DNA of 64,000 nucleotides from a virus, in the IMG/VR virus record IMGVR_UViG_3300045988_167582. One strand, written 5' to 3'. Numbering within the stretch: position 1 is the first letter of the stretch; every line of letters begins with the position of its first letter. This document shows, piece after piece, positions 26,711 to 34,043 of this stretch. A program made the translations under genes and the position numbers. A model generated the notes under the pieces. That model saw only the letters and a program-made list of their open reading frames with translations, was not told the origin of the DNA and searched no databases.

Positions 26711-27335
26711 GGGTTATTACGACATTGACATCGATATCGAAAAAGCACTGATTGATAGTGGAATGATTGATGAAATCTTCTACTTGAAAGACCTTAAACA
26801 GCGAAAGCTTTTCCTGAATACCGATGTCGAACAACTCTCCGTTGGAGAAATCGTAAAACACATCATGCAGTATAACAAAGAGGACATCGGCATTGAACCC
26901 GACAAGAGAACTCCCATCATTCTGTATGTATCTTCTAATGGAGGCGAAGTCGATTCCGGATTTGAACTTATTGATGTGATTATGGCAAGTAAGACACCTG
27001 TTTTTACTGTCAATCTCGGATATCAGTACAGCATGGGCTTTTTAATCGGTCTTGCCGGAACCAAAAGATTTGCTATGCGCAACGCAAAGTTCCTTATGCA
27101 TGACGGTTCAAATTTTGTATATAACTCGGGAGCGAAAGCACAAGACCAGATGGAATTTCAGCGTCGCGTAGAAGACATGATTAAGCAGTACATCCTCTCC
27201 CGAAGCAAAATTACAAGCAAGGAATACGACAGTAAACTTAGAGTTGAGTGGTACCTTTTTGCGGATGAAGCTAAGGACAAGGGGTTCTGTGATTACATTA
27301 TCGGAGACGACTGCGACATCGATGAGGTGATTTAA
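26694..27335 (+). CDS. ClpP-family serine protease, paralog 2
   Basis: YVSSNGGEV, GYQYSMGFLIGLAG (Ser), FLMHDGS (His) and FADEAKDKGFCDYII motifs. Confidence 0.75.
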   Translation: MSTNHKGYYDIDIDIEKALIDSGMIDEIFYLKDLKQRKLFLNTDVEQLSVGEIVKHIMQYNKEDIGIEPDKRTPIILYVSSNGGEVDSGFELIDVIMASKTPVFTVNLGYQYSMGFLIGLAGTKRFAMRNAKFLMHDGSNFVYNSGAKAQDQMEFQRRVEDMIKQYILSRSKITSKEYDSKLRVEWYLFADEAKDKGFCDYIIGDDCDIDEVI

Positions 27336-27346
27336 GGGAGGTTCCT

Positions 27347-28174
27347 ATGGACGAATATCTTGGCTTTAAGGAAGTTGTTTTATCCGATAATGAAATTAAC
27401 TCAATTTTCCAAAATAATATGGCAAACACCTTTGGTTGCCTTCCTAATCAGTACCTGATTGCAAAGGATGGTTGCGACAATAACCTCGAGTTAATGAGGT
27501 GTACGGGAGATAAGATGGTCAAAGTACCGTACAAAACTATTAACAGTAGGTTTTTAGGAAAGGTTAAACCACGAAATACTCAGCAGCAGCTTGCAATCGA
27601 TATGCTTTACAACAACGATATTACCGTCAAGGTAATTGCAGGCAAGTTCGGAACGGGCAAAGACTTCTTGATGTGCTCTGCGGCAATCGACCTTCTTGAA
27701 CACAACAAATTTGAAAAAATCGTTTATATTCGGAACAATATTGAGGTTAAAAACTCAAAACCCATCGGATATCTCCCCGGTTCATACAATGAAAAGCTCC
27801 TTCCGTTCGCAATGCCGCTGGCAGACCATTTAGGAGGAACTGACGGTTTGAGTTTAATGGTCGGACACGGTCAGATTGAGATTGTCCACCTCGGCTTTAT
27901 CAGAGGTCGTGACATTAAGAACTCAATTATCCTTTGCTCCGAGGCAGAAAACATGACAAAGGAACATATCCAGCTACTTCTCGGGCGAGTCGGAGAAGGG
28001 TCTGCGCTCTGGATTAACGGTGATTTTAAGCAGTGTGATGCAGAGGTTTTCAGACAGAATAGTGGGCTTATGGCTGCTGTTGATAAGCTTAAGGGACATC
28101 CGAGATTTGGGTATGTGAAACTATTAAAGACAGAGAGGAGCGAGACGGCAGCCATGGCTGACCTGTTGGATTAA
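27347..28174 (+). CDS. phoH: PhoH-like ATPase
   Basis: GKFGTGKDF Walker A, GYLPGSYNEKLLPFAMPLADHL, and ENMTKEHIQLLLGRVGEGS..INGD. Confidence 0.85.
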   Translation: MDEYLGFKEVVLSDNEINSIFQNNMANTFGCLPNQYLIAKDGCDNNLELMRCTGDKMVKVPYKTINSRFLGKVKPRNTQQQLAIDMLYNNDITVKVIAGKFGTGKDFLMCSAAIDLLEHNKFEKIVYIRNNIEVKNSKPIGYLPGSYNEKLLPFAMPLADHLGGTDGLSLMVGHGQIEIVHLGFIRGRDIKNSIILCSEAENMTKEHIQLLLGRVGEGSALWINGDFKQCDAEVFRQNSGLMAAVDKLKGHPRFGYVKLLKTERSETAAMADLLD

Positions 28175-28177
28175 AAA

Positions 28178-28738
28178 ATGAACAAACTCACAGTTCTTGT
28201 GGATATGGACGACACGCTCGAAAATCTTTGTGAAACGTGGGTTGAATATCTGAACGAGAGGCACGGTACCAATGTACATATCAATGATGTGAAAGAATGG
28301 GATATGACAAAAGCATTCCCAACGCTTTCAAAATCCGAGCTTTTTGCACCATTGTACGAAGAAGAGTTATGGAAGAGGGTAAAACCTCTTCCGGATTCGG
28401 TCAAATATGTTAAAAGACTGCTTGATGACGGACACAAGGTTATCATTGTGACGGCATCGCACCAAGATACTGTTGCGTATAAGCTCAACGATGTTTTGTT
28501 CAGATATTTTCCGTTTCTCACCACAAACGACGTGGTTATCGCATATCAAAAACAACTTATCAGAGGAGACGTTCTAATTGATGACGCCCCTCACAATCTC
28601 ATCGGAGGGGAATACAAAGGAATTCTGATGAACGCTCCTCATAACAAACAGTTTGACGAAAAAGCTACTGGCTTTGTAAGGGTTGCTAATTGGGAAGAGG
28701 CTTACAACGCAGTACGCAATATTGCAGAAGAGAGGTGA
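28178..28738 (+). CDS. 5'(3')-deoxyribonucleotidase (HAD, NT5C-like)
   Basis: VLVDMDDTLE (DxDxT), VTAS, and LIDDAPHN. Confidence 0.7.
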   Translation: MNKLTVLVDMDDTLENLCETWVEYLNERHGTNVHINDVKEWDMTKAFPTLSKSELFAPLYEEELWKRVKPLPDSVKYVKRLLDDGHKVIIVTASHQDTVAYKLNDVLFRYFPFLTTNDVVIAYQKQLIRGDVLIDDAPHNLIGGEYKGILMNAPHNKQFDEKATGFVRVANWEEAYNAVRNIAEER

Positions 28739-28941
28739 ACGATATTTACATCTTATACTCAACAGGATGCCCCAAATGCGAAGTCTTAAAGAAAAAACTC
28801 GCCGAAAAAGGCGTCCAGTACACAGAAAATAACTCAGTGGACGAGATGTTAACGCTCGGCATTGAAGCAGTCCCGGTCTTAAAGGTGAACGACCGACTCC
28901 TTGATTTTAAGGGAGCGGTTGACTGGGTAAATAAACAGTAA
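28735..28941 (+). CDS. nrdH: glutaredoxin-like NrdH-type redoxin
   Basis: YSTGCPKCEVLKKKL CxxC motif and VPVLKVND. GTG start overlapping the upstream stop (GTGA). Confidence 0.7.
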   Translation: MNDIYILYSTGCPKCEVLKKKLAEKGVQYTENNSVDEMLTLGIEAVPVLKVNDRLLDFKGAVDWVNKQ

Positions 28942-28952
28942 GGAGATGGCAA

Positions 28953-30869
28953 ATGAACATTCCATTAAAGATGAATAGAGATTTTGAAAAGGTTATGCAG
29001 TCGATGCTTGAGAAATACGGGGAGGATTTCGAGTATCTTAACGGATTCCACGAAACACAGTTAAATTTCTCGGACTTTATCGACAGCTTTGTTGACAAAA
29101 AGGTTGCAGACGTAACGATTGACGCAAACGCCAATGCGTCAAACAAGGATATTCGCAGTCTTATCAATGAAAAAGGGAAATCTCTCGACAAGCTCTTCGC
29201 TTTCAATAAGATTTTTTACGAACTCAAGAAGAAATACAACCTCAAAACAGCAAAAGAGTGGCTCGAATGCGAATATAATGGTGCTTTTTATCTGCACGAC
29301 GCATCATCGGCAACATATTTACCGTATTGTTATGCATACGACCTCACCAGACTTGCAACAGAGGGCTTATTCTTCCTTAAAAACTATAATAATCAGCCCC
29401 CGAAACACCTTACAACATTTATTGACGACGTAATCGAGTACATTAGCTACATGAGTAACCGGAGTTCCGGCGCTGTGGGTATCCCCAATGTGCTTATTTG
29501 GACTTATTACTTCTGGAAACACGATTGTGAGACCGGTTTTTATATCAAGGACAAGGACTATTACATCAGACAGTCTTTCCAGAAGCTGATTTACCGTCTG
29601 AACCAACCGTTTATGCGCATCGACCAGACTGCATTCGTCAACGTATCGATTTTTGACCGTAACTATATCGAGTCTTTGTTCGGCGGTGTTCAATACCCCG
29701 ACGGAACCTATGTAATCGACTGCGTGGACGAGCTTATTGAACATCAGAAACTGTTTATGGAAGTGGTTTCGCAGATTCGCAGTGAAAATATGTTTACATT
29801 CCCTGTCCTGACATACTCGCTGCTTTATAAAGACGGCAAATTTGTTGACGAGGATTTTGCACGCTGGTGTTCAGACCACAACACAAAATGGAATGACAGC
29901 AATTTCTTCGTAAGCGGAGATGTTACGACTCTTAGTAACTGTTGCCGACTGCTTTCTGATACAACCAAACTCAGCGCTTTCATCAATTCAATCGGCGGCA
30001 CAGCACTCTCCATTGGTTCCGTTAAGGTCAACACGATTAACCTTATGAGAATTGCGCTTGAAACAGAGTGTGACGAGAAAAAGTACCTCGCATTGCTCAA
30101 AAAGCGAGCAACGCTGTGCTGCAAGACACTGGATATCGTAAGACATATTATGCGTCGCAATATTGAAAAGGGTCTTCTCCCGAACTATCAGGACGGTGCG
30201 GTTGAAATGGATAAACAGTATTGCACTATGGGTATTCTCGGTCTCTTCGAGGTCATCGAAGCATTCGGGTATACCAAAGTTGACGAACTGGGCTATACCT
30301 ACTACACGGATGAAGGAATTGAACTTGCCTGCAAAATCTTTGATGTGTTAAACGAGGTCAAGGACGGTTTTACAACGGAGTATTCGTTCAACATCGAGTC
30401 TGTTCCTGCAGAGCGTGCAGCGTGTATTCTCTGCCAGAAAGACAACGCACTGTTCGACCTAAATAATAAGTTCATTTACTCAAATCAGTGGATTCCGCTT
30501 TCAACAAAATGCACCATCAAAGAAAAACTGCGTCTCAGCGCCATTCTTGATGAAAAATGCAGCGGCGGCAGTATCGCACATATCAATCTCGAAGCCAATT
30601 TCCCGAACAATGATATGGCGTGGGAAATGCTCAATAAGATTGCTCAAGCTGGAGTAATTTACTTTGCGTTTAATACAAGAATCAACGAGTGTAAGAACCA
30701 CCACGGTTTTGTTGGAACGGATATCTGCCCGAATTGCGGTGAGCCCGTTTTTGATACATATGTAAGAATTGTAGGGTATTTAGTTCCAACTCGAAGTTTC
30801 TCTAATGATAGGTTTAGAGAGTTTACAACTCGACAGTGGTACGAACTTTCGGAGACTATGCGTGAGTAA
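28953..30869 (+). CDS. nrdD: anaerobic ribonucleoside-triphosphate reductase
   Basis: 638 aa. C-terminal Zn site CKNHHG...CPNCGEP and glycyl-radical motif YVRIVGYLVP. Confidence 0.9.
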   Translation: MNIPLKMNRDFEKVMQSMLEKYGEDFEYLNGFHETQLNFSDFIDSFVDKKVADVTIDANANASNKDIRSLINEKGKSLDKLFAFNKIFYELKKKYNLKTAKEWLECEYNGAFYLHDASSATYLPYCYAYDLTRLATEGLFFLKNYNNQPPKHLTTFIDDVIEYISYMSNRSSGAVGIPNVLIWTYYFWKHDCETGFYIKDKDYYIRQSFQKLIYRLNQPFMRIDQTAFVNVSIFDRNYIESLFGGVQYPDGTYVIDCVDELIEHQKLFMEVVSQIRSENMFTFPVLTYSLLYKDGKFVDEDFARWCSDHNTKWNDSNFFVSGDVTTLSNCCRLLSDTTKLSAFINSIGGTALSIGSVKVNTINLMRIALETECDEKKYLALLKKRATLCCKTLDIVRHIMRRNIEKGLLPNYQDGAVEMDKQYCTMGILGLFEVIEAFGYTKVDELGYTYYTDEGIELACKIFDVLNEVKDGFTTEYSFNIESVPAERAACILCQKDNALFDLNNKFIYSNQWIPLSTKCTIKEKLRLSAILDEKCSGGSIAHINLEANFPNNDMAWEMLNKIAQAGVIYFAFNTRINECKNHHGFVGTDICPNCGEPVFDTYVRIVGYLVPTRSFSNDRFREFTTRQWYELSETMRE

Positions 30870-31398
30870 ACTAATCGATTTGACTTCACAACGCTTCGGT
30901 AGACTGATGGTGCTTTTCTAAGCACCATCTACTGGAGGGCAAGCAGAACGGATTTGTATGTGCAACTAAGGAGATAATTTTAAAGACGAGAACTGTCGAT
31001 TTAACAGGACAATAGATGTGTTCTCTTCATATCTGACAACAGGAGATATAAAGTCCTGTGGATGTATTATGTCTTATAGAGAAACTTTAATTGAACGGTA
31101 TTTGATAAATCATAATATCCAATTTCAAAGACAGTTTACTTTTCAAGACCTCAGAGGAAAGAAATATCCATTAAGATTTGATTTTGCTGTGTTTGAAGAC
31201 GACGGAACCTTACAGTGTTTGATTGAGTATCAAGGCGAGCAGCATTATACTAATATATTCAAAATACCAGAAGATGATTATTTACAATCTATTGCAAGGG
31301 ATGAATTAAAACGAAAATACTGTAATGAGCATAAGATACCGTTATACGAGTTGAATAACGAAGAAACGATAGAAACGGAGCTGAAAAGGATTTTATGA
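30862..31398 (+). pseudogene. homing-endonuclease-like gene (N-terminal module as at 19873; PD-(D/E)XK/Vsr-like C-terminus) with two in-frame TAA stops
   Basis: A single frame reads VSKLIDLTSQRFGRLMVLF-TAA(30919)-...ERICMCN-TAA(30967)-G...GDIKSCGC...RFDFAVFEDDGTLQCLIEYQGEQH. The ORF is intact only from 31018. Confidence 0.5.
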
Positions 31399-31880
31399 AG
31401 ATAAAAACAATTGTGGACGAGGATTTCGTGAATTACAAGGTTCCATCCATGTATATTGGTGCGGCGTATTGCAACGGAAAATGTTGCCGAGAAGCCGGAA
31501 TTCCGTTATCTGTCTGCCAGAACGATGCGTGGCGCGGTAGCGCCACCATCGCAATGGATGACGATGATATTATCCAGAGATATCTATCAAACGATATTAC
31601 AAAGGCTCTTTGCTTCGCGGGTCTGGAACCGTTTGAGCAGTTTGACGAGCTGTTGCGCCTCGTGTCTAAGCTCCGCACAGAGTATCACTGTAATGATACA
31701 GTGGTCATTTACACGGGATACAATATGACTGAAATTGTGTCCGAGGTCGCTACGCTGAGAAAATTTGATAATATTGTTATTAAGTTCGGGCGATATGTCC
31801 CCAACCAGTCAAAACATTTTGATGAGGTTTTGGGTGTATATCTGGCTTCCGATAACCAGTATGCAGAAAGAATCAGTTAA
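31395..31880 (+). CDS. nrdG: anaerobic RNR activating protein (NrdG-like)
   Basis: Position after nrdD, small size, and CFAGLEPF...VVIYTGY resembling GGEP...TGY. The cysteine motif YCNGKCCREAGIPLSVC is non-canonical. Confidence 0.65.
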   Translation: MKIKTIVDEDFVNYKVPSMYIGAAYCNGKCCREAGIPLSVCQNDAWRGSATIAMDDDDIIQRYLSNDITKALCFAGLEPFEQFDELLRLVSKLRTEYHCNDTVVIYTGYNMTEIVSEVATLRKFDNIVIKFGRYVPNQSKHFDEVLGVYLASDNQYAERIS

Positions 31881-31891
31881 GGAGAATACAT

Positions 31892-32164
31892 ATGGGCAAC
31901 AAACTTACAATTTCATTTGGGCTCGTTGATGAGTTCGGAAACGAGTATTCGGCAACATCGAAAACAGAAACCTTTGAAGACCTTGGCGTTGGCAATATTG
32001 AGACAATCGGGGAGCAGCTCAACAACTTCCTCAGACAGTGCGGTTATGTCAGAAAGAACGATTATATCTTCATGGACGATGTAAACGATGATGAGTATGA
32101 AGCGATTGCCGATTTCCTTGTGGACTATCGCCGTGAGCGTGAGAAAGTGGTGGATAGAGAATGA
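31892..32164 (+). CDS. hypothetical acidic protein
   Basis: AAGGAGA SD. Confidence 0.5.
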   Translation: MGNKLTISFGLVDEFGNEYSATSKTETFEDLGVGNIETIGEQLNNFLRQCGYVRKNDYIFMDDVNDDEYEAIADFLVDYRREREKVVDRE

Positions 32165-32268
32165 TTAGTGTATGGAATCTACTTTGGATTGTCCCGCTTT
32201 CATGTTTATTCGGTTTTTGGTTAGCGGCACTGCTTATGGTATCAGAGAATGACGATATGGAGGAATGA
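32161..32268 (+). CDS. 35-aa hydrophobic peptide
   Basis: ATGA overlaps at both ends. MISVWNLLWIVPLSCLFGFWLAALLMV is a single TM segment. Confidence 0.3.
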   Translation: MISVWNLLWIVPLSCLFGFWLAALLMVSENDDMEE

Positions 32269-32456
32269 TAATGAATATTTCCCTTACAATTTCCCAGATT
32301 GAAAATCTTAAAGAGTTTATTGAATTTGAGTTCATCGGCTCCATCCGAGACGATGAGGATATCGATAATATCGACTACATTGTAGATATGATGGATACAT
32401 ACAAAAAACTGAAAGAGGCGCTGGCGAACAGTAATTCAGCAAGAATTAGTGCGTAG
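32265..32456 (+). CDS. hypothetical protein
   Basis: GGAGGA SD and ATGA coupling. Confidence 0.45.
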   Translation: MIMNISLTISQIENLKEFIEFEFIGSIRDDEDIDNIDYIVDMMDTYKKLKEALANSNSARISA

Positions 32457-32525
32457 CCAGTATACAGACATCGGAACATCCAGCGTCACTACCTCAGAGG
32501 AATACTATACTAACGGAGGCTTACA

Positions 32526-32723
32526 ATGACCATTAGACAAAATCCAGACAGGGATTACGCAAAAGAAGTACGTGATAAGCTGAAAAGTAATGGCGGCTAC
32601 TGTCCTTGCCGCCTTGAAAAAACAGCGGACACCAAATGTATGTGCAAAGAATTTCGAGAGCAGATTGAGCGAAACGAGCCCGGCTATTGCCATTGTGGGC
32701 TCTACTGCATTGAGAAGGATTAA
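32526..32723 (+). CDS. ferredoxin-thioredoxin reductase catalytic-subunit-like protein
   Basis: Three CxC pairs, CPC-x9-CMC-x16-CHC, in 65 aa, as in the FTR beta chain (CPC...CPC...CHC). GGAGG SD. Confidence 0.5.
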   Translation: MTIRQNPDRDYAKEVRDKLKSNGGYCPCRLEKTADTKCMCKEFREQIERNEPGYCHCGLYCIEKD

Positions 32724-32725
32724 GT

Positions 32726-33154
32726 ATGCGCAGGGTATTTATTATGCGTAAAGACCTGAATATGTCCGTCGGTAAGCTCTTAACTCAAACCTACCACTGC
32801 GCAGAAGCATATTGGACGCACGGGCTTAGAGCAAACGCAAAGCCGATAGACGACGCCAGAGGATATATTGCCAGCATCAAAATTCCCAAGGATGTGTATG
32901 AGCAGTATGTGTGCGGTATGCTCGTGAAGACCGTATGTGAGGCAAGAAATAAGAACCACCTACTTAAAGCCAAAACAATTGCAGAGAAAATAGGGCTTGT
33001 AGAGGGCGTAGATTTTGGGCTCATATACGATAAATGCTTAACGGAACTTGTTCCCGAGGAAGAGGACGGTACAACGCTGACGGGAATTTGGTTTGCACCG
33101 CTTGATGACGAGCGGGCTCACTCAATCAGCAAGAAATATCAATTATATAAATAA
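32726..33154 (+). CDS. pth2: peptidyl-tRNA hydrolase, PTH2 family
   Basis: VFIMRKDLNMSVGKLLTQTYHCA and KTVCEA...LIYDKCLTELVP...TLTGIWFAP parallel the archaeal/eukaryotic Pth2 pattern (VvR.DL.M.kGK.aAQ..Ha ... DaG.T.l...T.l.i.P). Confidence 0.65.
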   Translation: MRRVFIMRKDLNMSVGKLLTQTYHCAEAYWTHGLRANAKPIDDARGYIASIKIPKDVYEQYVCGMLVKTVCEARNKNHLLKAKTIAEKIGLVEGVDFGLIYDKCLTELVPEEEDGTTLTGIWFAPLDDERAHSISKKYQLYK

Positions 33155-33172
33155 GAAAGGGTTATACATAAT

Positions 33173-33667
33173 ATGACTATCAACTTTATGAAGGTAGATG
33201 ACAAAGCTATTACGCCTACACACGGAAGCGCCTATGCCGCAGGATTTGACTTATACGCCCGCACCAAAACGGGGGTACAGCGTATTCCTGCCGGTAAAAC
33301 AGAAAAAATCGGAACCGGAATTTGTGTTGAAATCCCTGATGGGTACTTCGGAGCAATTTTTGCAAGAAGCGGACTGGCTACCAACCGAGGCTTACGCCCT
33401 GCAAATTGCGTCGGGGTCATTGATTCTGACTACAGGGGAGAGGTCATCGTGGCTCTCCATAATGATACGGATTCCTGCGAGTCTATTCACGAGGGAGACC
33501 GTATCGCACAGCTTGTTATTCTCCCGTATCTGCCTGTAATTCTCAGAGAGGTTGAGAAGCTGACGGATACCGATAGAGGTGCCGGTGGCTTCGGCAGTAC
33601 TGGTGTATCTAATAAGTCTTCTCAGGAGTGCGAACAGCTTTCTTTATTTGATATGACAAACGAGTGA
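33173..33667 (+). CDS. dut: dUTPase
   Basis: AAGFDLYA, ARSGLA, GVIDSDYRGEV, RIAQLVI and RGAGGFGSTG (motifs 1-5). Confidence 0.9.
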   Translation: MTINFMKVDDKAITPTHGSAYAAGFDLYARTKTGVQRIPAGKTEKIGTGICVEIPDGYFGAIFARSGLATNRGLRPANCVGVIDSDYRGEVIVALHNDTDSCESIHEGDRIAQLVILPYLPVILREVEKLTDTDRGAGGFGSTGVSNKSSQECEQLSLFDMTNE

Positions 33668-33683
33668 TAGAACTCGCGAAAAC

Positions 33684-33717
33684 GGGGCGAGAATATCACT
33701 CGTCCCAAATTTCTTTT
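33684..33717 (+). terminator. rho-independent terminator after dut
   Basis: GGGGCGAG-aatatca-CTCGTCCC followed by AAATTTCTTTT. Confidence 0.5.
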
Positions 33718-33731
33718 AAGGAGGAGTGTCG

Positions 33732-33932
33732 ATGAAACCTACAGTTCCAATTTGGCAGAAGTTCACCATTACTGTTGAGGAAGCAGCGGTGTATTTTCGT
33801 ATCGGAGAAAATAAACTGCGCCAACTTATGAGCGAGAATAGAAATGCAGACTTTATTCTGTGGAATGGCAATAGACCGCAAATAAAGCGCCAAAAGTTCG
33901 AGGACTTCATCAACAGTTTACATAACATTTAA
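33732..33932 (+). CDS. xis: Tn916-type excisionase
   Basis: IPIWQKFTITVEEAAVYFRIGENKLRQL...WNGNRPQIKRQKFEDFI closely parallels Tn916 Xis. Confidence 0.75.
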   Translation: MKPTVPIWQKFTITVEEAAVYFRIGENKLRQLMSENRNADFILWNGNRPQIKRQKFEDFINSLHNI

Positions 33933-33951
33933 TCAAAATTGTTGAGCCCAC

Positions 33952-33980
33952 TTGAAAGAGGGTCGAAAATATGTTAAAAT
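33952..33980 (+). promoter_or_regulatory. candidate int promoter embedded in a palindrome
   Basis: TTGAAA, 17 nt spacer, TGtTAAAAT. The -10 lies inside the perfect 16-bp palindrome GTTAAAATATTTTAAC (33973-33988). Confidence 0.45.
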
Positions 33981-34043
33981 ATTTTAACAAAATATACTTG
34001 TTTATACATATCGTAGTGGGCTCTTATCGGAAAGGAGTTTCTT

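Noticed and set aside
30919-30969. Two in-frame TAA codons as evidence for stop-codon reassignment
   Set aside because: TAA is used as the genuine terminator of many well-supported genes here (e.g. ClpP1 at 487-489, nrdD at 30867-30869, the 204-aa tail gene). The same gene family at 19873 is also damaged. Pseudogenisation is the simpler explanation.
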